Below are positions 51,013 through 60,701 of a DNA stretch of 64,000 nucleotides, piece after piece. The notes under the pieces were generated by a model. That model had not been told where the DNA came from and ran no database searches. It saw only the letters and a program-made list of their open reading frames with translations. Source of the stretch: Tubiluchus corallicola (Eukaryota; Animalia; Priapulida); NCBI GenBank assembly GCA_030141605.1, contig JAQGDQ010000216.1, positions 162,641-226,640 on the forward strand, in the 5' to 3' direction. Made by a program: the position numbers and the translations under genes. Position 1 is the first letter of the stretch, and each line of letters starts with the position of its first letter.

Positions 51013-53778
51013 ATGGACAAAAACGTTTATCACGTAATATCAAACACCCATTGGGACCGCGAATGGCGATTTCCATTCCAGCGAAACAGGCAAATGCTTG
51101 TTGATATGATTGATAAGGTATTAGAGATACTTGAGAATGAACCGGAGTACAGGGCATTTCATCTTGATAGCCAGTCGATAGTGCTCAAAGATTATCTTGA
51201 TATAAAGCCACAGAACAAGAAAAGAATAACCCAACTTACACTTGAGAACAGACTTCTGCATGGTCCGTGGTATATATTACCAGAAGAGTTTCAGGTAGGT
51301 GGTGAAAATCTTGTACGTAATCTTTTACTTGGCCATAAGGTGAGTAAAGAGAATGGTGGTGTTTCAAAGATTGGGTACTCTCCTTTCTCCTGGGGGCAAA
51401 TCTCTCAACTGCCCCAGATTTACAAACAGTTTAATATTGATCTTATAATGTTTTACAGAGGAATCAATTCTCAGGATAGCCCAAAGGCTGAATTCCTCTG
51501 GCGTGGAGCAGATGGGACAGAAATGGTGTCATCCCGGTTTTCAACAATGCCAAGGTATAATTTCTATTTTTATATCTATCGTCCGGCAGCACACAATGAA
51601 GGTTTTTACGATGTTGAGTACAGTTGGAGTAAAAATACAACTCCGTTTCATTTTGCAGATAAGAGTCAGCAGGGTGAGGATTATTTCATCATTTCAGAAC
51701 ATAAGGAGTACTACCCAGATAGCCTGGAGAAGCAAGTTAACCAAATAATAGAGGATCAGGCAGAGGATTTTACAACTCCTCATAAGATCTGGATGGAGGG
51801 GCATGACTCCTCGGGGCCAAATGTTCAAACTGCCCGAATGATAAAAGATATTCGTGAGAAAATGCCGCACATTAATGTAAAGCATTCCACTCTAGAAGAG
51901 TTTGCAAACGCTATTGAAAAGTCAGTAGACCGGGATTCATTAAAGCTCGTGACAGGCGAGCGTAGAAGCGCGCAAAATAATAGTCGTTGTGGTAATTTGT
52001 TTGGGTATACAACTTCGGCAAGAATGTACCTGAAGCAGGCGAATTTTGACGCGGAACGCTGGATTCAATATTATGCTGAACCATTTAATGTGTTTTCTGC
52101 TTTTACGGGGAGAGATATAAATGATCAATATCCTGAGAATGCCTGGGAGTTGATAATTCAGAACTCAGCGCACGATTCAATTGGAGGCTGCTCTTTAGAC
52201 AGAATTCATGAGGATATGATGATGCGTTACCAACATTCCGTTGAGATTTCAAAAGGTATTTTTGAGCGATCATTGAAACACTCTGTTAAAGATCTGAACA
52301 CTTTAGGTTTTCCTACAGCTAATGATATACCTGAAAGTGAACAGATTTTTATTACAGCTATCAATCCACTTAATTGCATTCGTACCGAGGTTTGTGAAGT
52401 GTTTGTTGATGTTCCATTAAGTCTGGATAAAGGTAGCATAGAGATTTTTGATGTTTCAGGTGAACAGATGGAAGCCTGCATAACTAAGAGATATGAGCAT
52501 CAACCTGTGCTGGAACAGATGATAAATCGACCGATGTTTTTCAATATGGTTCGGTACCAGGCAGTGGTGAGTTTAGAAGGTATACCTCAAAATGGGTTTA
52601 AAGCCTTTCATGTTAAGCCTGTTGAAAGTAAGGGGGAAAGTAACAGAAGCATAAGTGACGTTAAGCTTGAGAATGACTTTCTTAAAGTCGAAATAAATCC
52701 AGATGGGACGCTTAATGTTACTGATAAGCAAAGGAACCATATTTACAAAAATATAGCCTATTTTGTAGATGAAGGGGAGGCGGGTCATGCTTGGGTAAAT
52801 GAGCCGGTTGGAGAAGAGTTTTCAACTGAGGGGAGCAAAGCTGATATTTCATGGGAGACAAGTAATTCTGTTGTTCAAGAGGTGAAAATTATTAATAAGC
52901 TTCAGCTTCCTGAAAGCCTGAAGTGCCGTAAGGAAGGAAAACCCGGGACTAAGACAATGACTATATCAAGGACGGTTACACTTCGAAAGAAATCACAGTT
53001 CCTTGAGTTTAATATTGAGGTAGACAATCCGGTTGAAAGTCATCGACTGCGATTAATGCTTCCATCAGGATTGAAGGCAAGTTCTTCTTTTGGAGAAGGG
53101 CAGTTTGATGTTGTTGAAAGAACCCTGGAGCGACCCGATACAAGCGACTGGATTGAACAACCTATGTATGATTTCCCAATGCATCATTTTGTGGATATTG
53201 CAGATGGAAGTAAGGGAATAGCTGTTCTTGTTGATGGTTTGAAGGAGTATGAGGTTCTTCAGGATAATCAAAACACTTTGGCCATTACACTGTTTAGGAC
53301 ATTTGAATATAAAATTAATCCGGCATCATCCCAGAGTTACTTCTACGAGAAAGGGGTGCAAATGTTAGGTAAAAGTTCATACAGGCTTGCATTATACCCG
53401 CATGAATATGATTGGAACAGGGGCCAGGTCTTTAAAGAGGCGCAGAAGTTCAATTACGATGTCAGGATGGTTCAAACAGGCAGCCTGAATGGGAGTGGAG
53501 GCCCTGAAAAAACATTTTTTAAATTGCACCCTGAAGAGCTAATCGTCAGTGCTGTTAAGAAGCCTGAAGATGGTGAGGAAAGCGCATTTGTCATTCGTTT
53601 ATATAACCCAACAAATACCGCTATTTCCGGGAAGCTTGAGTTTGATCTGAATATAAAAGAAGTTAAGAGGCTAAACCTGGAAGAGGTTGAGTTGAGCCGA
53701 TTGGGACTGATTGACGATAAGTCATTCTCTGTTGAGGCCGGTTCCCGACAAATTATCACTTACAAAGTCAAATATTAA
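51013..53778 (+). CDS. GH38 alpha-mannosidase-family glycoside hydrolase
   Basis: ISNTHWDREW, FHLDSQ, GPWY, GENLVRNLLLG, WRGADG and AHDSIGGCS motifs; no signal peptide. Confidence 0.9.
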   Translation: MDKNVYHVISNTHWDREWRFPFQRNRQMLVDMIDKVLEILENEPEYRAFHLDSQSIVLKDYLDIKPQNKKRITQLTLENRLLHGPWYILPEEFQVGGENLVRNLLLGHKVSKENGGVSKIGYSPFSWGQISQLPQIYKQFNIDLIMFYRGINSQDSPKAEFLWRGADGTEMVSSRFSTMPRYNFYFYIYRPAAHNEGFYDVEYSWSKNTTPFHFADKSQQGEDYFIISEHKEYYPDSLEKQVNQIIEDQAEDFTTPHKIWMEGHDSSGPNVQTARMIKDIREKMPHINVKHSTLEEFANAIEKSVDRDSLKLVTGERRSAQNNSRCGNLFGYTTSARMYLKQANFDAERWIQYYAEPFNVFSAFTGRDINDQYPENAWELIIQNSAHDSIGGCSLDRIHEDMMMRYQHSVEISKGIFERSLKHSVKDLNTLGFPTANDIPESEQIFITAINPLNCIRTEVCEVFVDVPLSLDKGSIEIFDVSGEQMEACITKRYEHQPVLEQMINRPMFFNMVRYQAVVSLEGIPQNGFKAFHVKPVESKGESNRSISDVKLENDFLKVEINPDGTLNVTDKQRNHIYKNIAYFVDEGEAGHAWVNEPVGEEFSTEGSKADISWETSNSVVQEVKIINKLQLPESLKCRKEGKPGTKTMTISRTVTLRKKSQFLEFNIEVDNPVESHRLRLMLPSGLKASSSFGEGQFDVVERTLERPDTSDWIEQPMYDFPMHHFVDIADGSKGIAVLVDGLKEYEVLQDNQNTLAITLFRTFEYKINPASSQSYFYEKGVQMLGKSSYRLALYPHEYDWNRGQVFKEAQKFNYDVRMVQTGSLNGSGGPEKTFFKLHPEELIVSAVKKPEDGEESAFVIRLYNPTNTAISGKLEFDLNIKEVKRLNLEEVELSRLGLIDDKSFSVEAGSRQIITYKVKY

Positions 53779-53793
53779 AAAAGAGTATAAATT

Positions 53794-56208
53794 ATGATAT
53801 CTAATAAATACGGATATTTCACAGAAGATTTCAGAGAGTTTGTTATAAAAGATCCCAGGACACCACGCCCCTGGTTTAATTACATATGGAATGAGCGTTA
53901 TGCCGGATTAGTATCCCATGGAGGGGGAGGATTTTCATTTCTGGATAGTCCACGAGACAACAGGATTTCACGGATGAGGTATAATTGCTTGCCGTGGGAC
54001 AGACCCGGAAGATATGTTATTATAAAAGATGTGGAGTCAAATGAGTATTGGTCTTTGAGTTGGGCTCCAACTATCGACGTTAAATATGATAAATATGAAG
54101 CAAAGATTGGGCAGGGGTATACCGAGATAATTACAGAGTATAAGGGGATTCACGCCAGTCTGACCTATTTCGTTCCTAAGGATAATAACTGTGAGATATG
54201 GAAAGTCAGACTGGAGAATAAAAGTGAAAGAAAAAGAGATATTGAGGTGTATGCTTTTCAGGAGTTAATGATGGGAAATGCGCTAAATGATATAATTAAT
54301 CAACCTAATGATAAGCATTTCACCGATATCAGGTTTATAGAAGAGCATAAAGCTTTACTGGCAACGAGAAGGTACTGGGTGTTAAATAAAAAATCAGCAA
54401 CGGTTGAGCAGCCCAGTTTCTCATGGGAGTATAACACTATTTTTGGAATGAACTTGCCTATTAAGGGTTTTGATGGCAGTTTGGACGAGTTTATTGGAAG
54501 GTGGCGTTCTGAGGCTAATCCGGTAGCGATTGAAAGCAGTAAAATGGGAAATACAGAGATTACTGCCGGAGATCCTGTAGTGGCTTTACAATCTGAAATT
54601 TCTCTTAAAGCAAATGGAGTAAGAGACTTTTCTGTTTTCATGGGTGTTGCCGAGAAGTCAGATGATAAACCTTTTGATTCGCTTAAGTTTAAGGAGTATC
54701 AGCAAAATGAGTTGGTAGAAGATAAGCTTAAAGAGGTAAAGAAGCATTGGGATAATTACCTTGGGCATGTAAGAGTGAAAACCCCTAACAAAGCATTTAA
54801 TGCTATGCTAAATGTCTGGAATCAGTATCAGACGGCAGTAACCTTTGATATGGCTCGAAATTCAGGCTACTACCACGGTGGCTTGCTATTTGGCACAGGA
54901 ATGAGGGATCAGTTTCAGGATATTCTTGGAAGGGTGATTCCGGCACCGGAGCAGGTTCGAGCAAGGCTGCTTAATGCTCTTCAGTATCAGTATTCAGATG
55001 GTTCGACTCTTCATAACTTCTTTAAGTTAACCGGGCATGGGGAACGTACTCACCATTCCGACACTCCACTTTGGATTTCTTTCGGATTGGTAGAGTATAT
55101 AAATGAAACGGGCGATTTAAGCATTCTCGATGAGGTGGTTAAGTTCCACGATGAAGGCGAAGCAACTGTTTATGAACATATGGTTCGCTCACTGGATTTT
55201 GCAATCACTGATACCTCAGAGAGGGGGCTGCCTCTTATCCGAAAAGGAGACTGGAATGATACCCTCGATCATATTGGTCCAAAAGGGAAAGGTGAGACTA
55301 TCTGGGGCGCCATGTTTCTTTGTTATGCCCTCAAAAAGACTTTTGAGCTGCTGGATTATAGAAATGATAATGAGGTTAAAACCCGATGGGAGAAAGCGTA
55401 TAACAATATTGCTGGATTAGTTAATAAGATTGCCTGGGATGGAGAGTGGTATGTTAGGGCATTTCGTGATAATGGTGAGGTTGTAGGTTCAGATAAGATG
55501 AAACAAGGAAAAATATTCCTGAACACTCAAACATGGGCTGTTATTTCCGAGATCGCCTCAAAAGAGAGGGCAGGCAAAGCTTTAGAGAGTAGTGTGAAAT
55601 ATCTTGAAAATAGAACAGGTATGCAGATATGCTGGCCTGCTTATCGTGAGGTTGAGGATGATATTGGCTTGATATCAAGATGTGTGCCGGGGAAAAAGGA
55701 GAATGGAGCTGTTTTTAATCACGCTTCTTCATGGTTTGTTTTAGCAGCTATAATGGATGGTAAGGTTGAAGATGCATTTCGGATTTATAATAAAATGATT
55801 CCAATAAATTCATCGGAAGAGGTTACGTTAGATAGATATGATACTGAGCCATACGTTTATTCAGAGTACTTAACCAGCAAGGAGCATGAGACCGAGGGGC
55901 AAGCCTCTCATTCATGGCTTACGGGATCCTCAGTATGGATGTATCGAATTGGATTAGACTGGATTCTTGGCTTGAAAACTTCCATGAAAGGAATTACAAT
56001 TGACCCTTCGGTACCTGCAGATTGGGATAATATTGATGTTACCAGAAAATTCAGGGGGAAGACACTGAATGTTACTATTAAAAATCCTAATGGGGTAAAT
56101 TCTGGAGTGAAGTCTGTTCATATCAATGGTGAAGTGTTCATTGGTAAGTGGATTGATGTTACCAGCTTTACTCCTGAGGTGCTTGATGTTGAGGTGGTGC
56201 TTGGTTAG
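53794..56208 (+). CDS. GH94 glycoside phosphorylase (cellobiose/chitobiose phosphorylase family)
   Basis: TPRPWFN, GMRDQFQD, catalytic GDWND, WDGEWYVRAF, PGKKENGAVFNHA, EPYVY and SWLTGS motifs. Confidence 0.92.
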   Translation: MISNKYGYFTEDFREFVIKDPRTPRPWFNYIWNERYAGLVSHGGGGFSFLDSPRDNRISRMRYNCLPWDRPGRYVIIKDVESNEYWSLSWAPTIDVKYDKYEAKIGQGYTEIITEYKGIHASLTYFVPKDNNCEIWKVRLENKSERKRDIEVYAFQELMMGNALNDIINQPNDKHFTDIRFIEEHKALLATRRYWVLNKKSATVEQPSFSWEYNTIFGMNLPIKGFDGSLDEFIGRWRSEANPVAIESSKMGNTEITAGDPVVALQSEISLKANGVRDFSVFMGVAEKSDDKPFDSLKFKEYQQNELVEDKLKEVKKHWDNYLGHVRVKTPNKAFNAMLNVWNQYQTAVTFDMARNSGYYHGGLLFGTGMRDQFQDILGRVIPAPEQVRARLLNALQYQYSDGSTLHNFFKLTGHGERTHHSDTPLWISFGLVEYINETGDLSILDEVVKFHDEGEATVYEHMVRSLDFAITDTSERGLPLIRKGDWNDTLDHIGPKGKGETIWGAMFLCYALKKTFELLDYRNDNEVKTRWEKAYNNIAGLVNKIAWDGEWYVRAFRDNGEVVGSDKMKQGKIFLNTQTWAVISEIASKERAGKALESSVKYLENRTGMQICWPAYREVEDDIGLISRCVPGKKENGAVFNHASSWFVLAAIMDGKVEDAFRIYNKMIPINSSEEVTLDRYDTEPYVYSEYLTSKEHETEGQASHSWLTGSSVWMYRIGLDWILGLKTSMKGITIDPSVPADWDNIDVTRKFRGKTLNVTIKNPNGVNSGVKSVHINGEVFIGKWIDVTSFTPEVLDVEVVLG

Positions 56209-56240
56209 GTGTTTTGATAGATTAAATTCAAGGTTTTATC

Positions 56241-56744
56241 ATGAGAAATCTATTTATTGGAGATTCAATTACTGAAGGGTTTCCAACAGATATTCTGCTG
56301 TCAGGTAAAAGTGTTACCAACAGAGGAATATCCGGTATAAGCTCGATAGAGCTTCTCCGTCTTTTTACTGAGAGCTGGGTGCAAAGCGATACCGTGCGAA
56401 CCTTTATTTGCATTGGCACAAATGATCTTGCCAGGAATATTACAGATACCCAGATTATTGAAAGTATTAAGATAATGTGCAGTAAGCTGGGGAATCAATC
56501 AGTTTATCTGACTTCGCTATTTCCAACAAAAAGGAATAAGCCTCGTCCAAATAAACGAATTGATGGACTTAACCTTAAGATTCATGAGTTGTCGGTCGAT
56601 CTAGATGCTCACTTTTTGCATATGAATCCACTGTTTAAAGATGAGACAGGAAGTCTTCGCAATGATTATACCAATGACGGGTTACATCTAACCTTTAAGG
56701 CTTATGAAAAGTGGGCCGCACTGATAAGTGATTTATTGATTTAG
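56241..56744 (+). CDS. SGNH/GDSL-family esterase
   Basis: FIGDSIT, NRGISG, IGTND and DGLH blocks. Confidence 0.88.
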   Translation: MRNLFIGDSITEGFPTDILLSGKSVTNRGISGISSIELLRLFTESWVQSDTVRTFICIGTNDLARNITDTQIIESIKIMCSKLGNQSVYLTSLFPTKRNKPRPNKRIDGLNLKIHELSVDLDAHFLHMNPLFKDETGSLRNDYTNDGLHLTFKAYEKWAALISDLLI

Positions 56745-56905
56745 AGATACTGTTTCACAAGCTGTGTAGGTAAAGCCGAGGGCTTAGTTTTTTAAAGCTG
56801 ATTCCTTTTTCTAATATAAGGCGCTATTTCACAGGCTCATACAGTTTGTTAGGCAGTGTTAAGTTAAGTAAGAAATAGAAGGGCAGCTTGCAGAACGGGG
56901 CATTT

Positions 56906-56983
56906 CTAAATATTCCCCAATACTTTTTTTAAGAAATCATTCTCAATTTGAAGCTGGCCAACTTTTTTGAAAAGTTTGTCTTG
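56906..56983 (-). pseudogene. Remnant of an IS3-family OrfA C-terminus
   Basis: The minus strand translates to QDKLFKKVGQLQIENDFLKKVLGNI* and contains an A7G slippery run. Confidence 0.55.
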
Positions 56984-57077
56984 CCCTAAAACAGGTTTAC
57001 ACTAAAACGTGTAAAAATGAAGAAACTCTGTAACTCTAAATCAGTATTAACCCTGAAAGTCCCGTCTTGCGTGGTGG

Positions 57078-57098
57078 CCTGTCTGCCGAACAGGCAGG
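57078..57098. repeat. Short GC-rich palindrome (REP/MITE-like)
   Basis: CCTGTCTG-ccgaa-CAGGCAGG in an AT-rich context. Confidence 0.55.
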
Positions 57099-57143
57099 AA
57101 AACCTGATGGTGGTACTTATCTACCTACCTCTATGGGTGGGGG

Positions 57144-58468
57144 TGTAAGCTTCCCCAAAAATAGGACAGTTTAAAAGTAGACAAATAAACGTTAATTTTG
57201 AACTGTTAGAAGATGAAGAAGAAAAGATTTACACCACAACAAATCTCCTCGATTCTGAAGGAGTATGAGAACGGCAAAAACGTAGATGAGATTGTCCGAG
57301 ACCATGGCGTTAGCAGAGCCTCGTTTTATAAATGGAGGCAACGTTTTGGAGGCATGGAAGCATCCGAGTTAAAAAGGCTCAAAGAGCTTGAAGAGGAGAA
57401 TCGCAAGTTAAAAATGATGTATGCCGAACAAGCTCTGGATTTAAAACTCGCCAAAGAGATTATCGAAAAAAAGCTTTAAATCCTTGTGAAAAACGAGAGA
57501 TTGCAAAAGAAGTTTGCAAAGTTCCTAAAGTAGGCATCCGCAGGGCTTGCCGAGTACTAAATATGAGTCGTTCGGTTTATTATTATGAATCGATAAAAGA
57601 TGATGCAGGGATAATTGAGGCGCTTACCGTAAAAGCGTAAGAGCATCCTACAGAAGGATTCTGGAAAGCCTATGGGCGATTGCGTCTGGAAGGTTACGAT
57701 TGGAACCACAAGCGAGTATATCGGGTTTACTGCCTGATGAAACTAAATATCCGCAGGAAAGTAAAGAAGAGGCTTCCTGTCAGAGTTAAGGTTCCTTTGG
57801 TAATTCCAGAAAACATCAATCAGTGCTGGTCAATTGATTTTATGCACGATGCTCTTGAAAACGGACGGAAGATAAAGAATTTCAATATAATGGACGATTT
57901 TAACCGAGAAGCACTTCATGTTGAACTTGACCATTCGATTCGAAGTAACAAAGTAGTTTATGTTTTGAACCACTTGATAAAGCGTAGAGGTAAACCAACA
58001 AAAATAAGGATGGATAATGGCCCTGAGTTTATTGCAGAACTTTTAAAAGAATGGAGTGAGCTTCAAGGGATAGAACTGTTATATATTCAGCCAGGCAAGC
58101 CAACACAGAATGCTTTTGTAGAACGCCTGAACGGAACGTACCGCAGGGCTGTATTGGATGCCTACCTGTTTCAGTCGCTGGATGAAGCCAGGGATGAAAC
58201 AGATAAATGGATATTTGATTACAACTATAAAAGGCCGCATGATTCATTGGGAGGAATGACCCCCATAGGTTATGCCAATAAAATGAAAAACCAAAAGCTG
58301 AAAAGCAAAATAAATGTGATTCATGAACCTGTCAAGGGTATATAAACGACTTCGCTCACTCAGTCGCCATTGACAGAACCAAAAATCACACTGAAAAAGC
58401 TTTCAGAATTTGGTTATGAAAAAGAAAATAATCTATTTTTAAGTAGTCCTAAAAAGGGGAAGCTTACA
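57144..58468 (+). mobile_element. IS3-family insertion sequence (1325 bp), transposase inactivated
   Basis: Terminal inverted repeats TGTAAGCTTCCCC..TAGGAC at both ends (TG...CA) enclose orfA/orfB. No flanking direct repeat is visible. Confidence 0.92.
57213..58345 (+). pseudogene. IS3 OrfAB transposase with a programmed -1 frameshift and a premature stop
   Basis: OrfA 57213-57479 and slippery A7G at 57466-57473. The -1 frame has an in-frame TAA at 57638-57640, upstream of the DDE domain ([20 protein letters not shown]). Confidence 0.88.
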
Positions 58469-58553
58469 GTATGATTTGTCTTTAGATATGTTGAATAACA
58501 CAAAAAAAATAATGTAGCAAGAAGTTGGATTAAGTTGTAAATGGAGGTCATTT

Positions 58554-58573
58554 TGTTGTACCCATGTTGTACC
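58554..58573. repeat. Direct repeat TGTTGTACC x2 (11-bp period), candidate integrase arm-type sites
   Basis: Copies at 58554 and 58565, about 50 bp beyond the tRNA-Pro 3' end. Confidence 0.55.
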
Positions 58574-58582
58574 TATGGAAAT

Positions 58583-58614
58583 AAAAAAGGAGCTAAACAT
58601 TTGCTTAACTCCTT
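58583..58614 (-). terminator. Intrinsic terminator after tRNA-Pro
   Basis: Minus-strand AAGGAGTTAA-gcaaatgt-TTAGCTCCTT followed by a T-run. Confidence 0.7.
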
Positions 58615-58623
58615 GACTATTAG

Positions 58624-58701
58624 TGGTCGGGATACCAGGATTCGAACCTGGGACCCCCTGCTCCCAAAGCAGGTGCGCTAACCGGACTGCGCTATACCCC
58701 G
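58624..58701 (-). tRNA. tRNA-Pro(TGG) with encoded CCA
   Basis: Acceptor stem CGGGGTA/TATCCCG, anticodon arm CCTGC-TTTGGGA-GCAGG, GGTTCGAATCC T-arm and 3' ACCA. Confidence 0.97.
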
Positions 58702-58859
58702 AACGGTTAATTAAAGTTAAGTGCGGAGAGAGGAATTTACCCCTGCTTCCAACTGTCACAATATTAATATTTTATAATTTCTATTTTAAGATTGGTAATG
58801 AATTAGCCACAAAACTATAACCATGTCATACCACTGCCAATTCTTATAATAGTTCGGGC

Positions 58860-58881
58860 TCAAAGATACAAATATCTTTGA
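58860..58881. promoter_or_regulatory. Palindromic pair of TATCTTTG -7 boxes (divergent promoters)
   Basis: TCAAAGATA-caaa-TATCTTTGA. The minus-strand box points toward tRNA-Pro. Confidence 0.5.
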
Positions 58882-59388
58882 AGCATTACCATTATTGTGT
58901 GATAAAAGCCCATTTCTATGTGTTAGAAATCTTTACTTGCAGAGTAAATAAATAATATAAACTATTATGGAAATTACTCAGTACATAAAAAAACTAAAAC
59001 AAGAGTTCATATCTGGAGATGTGCATTATGACACCCTATCGTCTTTAATTACGGAATAGAGAGGTCTATTAAATAAGCTTTGTGGTTCACAAGAAGATAA
59101 AATAGAGGGTTACAGGAATTTGCATCATAATTAAGCTGACATTAAAATGTTTTTGTAAGTTTTGTGAAAGTACCCAAAGCGATAAACTTTTAAAATTTTA
59201 TAAAGCATTTGATGAAGCACCAAGAAGGCAAGTTTTAAAAAGATAGATGCCCAAACAGGATGTCAGGAATACAAGTCCGATGGCAAACCAAAAGTATACC
59301 TGTACTACTGCATTTGTATTTTACTTGGATAAGCTCAATTTATCTTTAGAGGAAGTCAAGTAGATAGCGATTATTAACAATAATTAAT

Positions 59389-60685
59389 CAATAGTGTCCA
59401 TTAAAAAGTAAAAAACGTTCTTTTAAATTATAGTATATCTGAATTTTACAGCGATATTTAAACGGTGACGATTTGAATCCTTTATGTTTGCGGAAATTAT
59501 TTTCTGTGATGAATAAAGGTAAATATGTTTTTGCCCAATTGAGCATGTTTCTGCCCCGACGGGTATTTGATAAATTCGTTTCTAAATATTCCGGCAACAG
59601 GTACATCAAGCATTTTACATGTTGGAACCAGTTGCTCTGTATGATATTTGGTCAGTTAACAAACAGGGATAGTTTACGAGACCTGACTGTTGCGGTAAAT
59701 GCACACAGCAACAAAACTTACCATCTTGGTTTTGGCAAGAGCGTATCCCGCAGCAATCTTGCTAAAGCCAATGAAAAAAGGAACAGCAAGATTTTTGAGG
59801 AATTTGCATACTACATGATTGATGTAGCGCGCAAAAAACTATCAAACGACACCTTTAAGATCAAAGGCAAGGTATATGCATTTGATTCATCAACGATAGA
59901 CTTGTGCCTGAATATATTCTGGTGGGCAAAGTTTCGCAAGAAAAAAGGAGGAATAAAGCTTCATACCTTGTTTGATGTTACAATACAAATACCAGTGTTT
60001 GTGCATATCACAGAAGCTTCCGTACACGATGTCAATGCAATGGACGTGATACCTTACGAAGCAAACGCTTATTATGTGTTTGACCGGGGGTATGTCGATT
60101 TTAAACGGCTTTTCAGAATAACAAACCTCTCTGCATATTTCGTCGTCAGAGCCAAGTCCAACCTTAAATTTAAACGGATGTATTCAAATCCCGTTGACAA
60201 GAGCACAGGTGTAAAGTGCGACCAAATAGGCAAACTAACTGGCTTCTATCAATCTAAGGATTACCCCGAAAAAATCAGGAGGATAAAGTTCTATGATGAA
60301 GAAACCTCAAGAGAATTCATTTTCTTGACCAACAATTTTGAGCTTTCCGCAGAAGATATCGCTTACTTATACAAAAACAGATGGCAAGTAGAGCTGTTCT
60401 TCAAATGGATAAAGCAACATTTAAAAGTTAAAAACTTTTGGGGCAATTCCGAAAATGCAGTTAGAATACAAATTTACTCTGCAATCATAACATACTGTTT
60501 GGTTGCCATTGTGGGGCATGACCTAAACCTTAAGAGTTCAACTTACGAAATTCTACAGATTTTAGGCATCTCCTTATTTGATAAATCACCTATAAATGAG
60601 CTGTTTATAAAACTAGATTACAATAATGTCAAAGAACGAGATAATAATCAACTGTCAATCAGTATGTTTTAAGTGGACAGTAGTG
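59389..60685 (+). mobile_element. IS4-family insertion sequence with 9-bp target-site duplication
   Basis: Imperfect TIRs CAATAGTGTCCATTAAAA / reverse-complement CACTACTGTCCACTTAAAA. ATAATTAAT is duplicated at 59380-59388 and 60686-60694. Confidence 0.92.
59509..60672 (+). CDS. IS4-family DDE transposase (DUF4372 N-terminus)
   Basis: MNKGKYVFAQL, AFDSSTI, FDRGYVD and YKNRWQVELFFKWIKQ (YREK) motifs. A TATGTTTG -7 box at 59483 supports ATG 59509. Confidence 0.93.
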   Translation: MNKGKYVFAQLSMFLPRRVFDKFVSKYSGNRYIKHFTCWNQLLCMIFGQLTNRDSLRDLTVAVNAHSNKTYHLGFGKSVSRSNLAKANEKRNSKIFEEFAYYMIDVARKKLSNDTFKIKGKVYAFDSSTIDLCLNIFWWAKFRKKKGGIKLHTLFDVTIQIPVFVHITEASVHDVNAMDVIPYEANAYYVFDRGYVDFKRLFRITNLSAYFVVRAKSNLKFKRMYSNPVDKSTGVKCDQIGKLTGFYQSKDYPEKIRRIKFYDEETSREFIFLTNNFELSAEDIAYLYKNRWQVELFFKWIKQHLKVKNFWGNSENAVRIQIYSAIITYCLVAIVGHDLNLKSSTYEILQILGISLFDKSPINELFIKLDYNNVKERDNNQLSISMF

Positions 60686-60701
60686 ATAATTAATAATTAG
60701 T

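Noticed and set aside
58439-58820. ORFs 58439-58759 (-) and 58623-58820 (+)
   Set aside because: They overlap tRNA-Pro and the IS3 right end and are translation artefacts
58967-59059. 30-codon ORF MEITQYIKKLKQEFISG.. reminiscent of a restriction-modification enzyme N-terminus
   Set aside because: Too short and degenerate to support without a profile search
59360-59388. AT-rich segment considered as a dif site
   Set aside because: It lacks the XerD arm consensus TTATGTTAAAT
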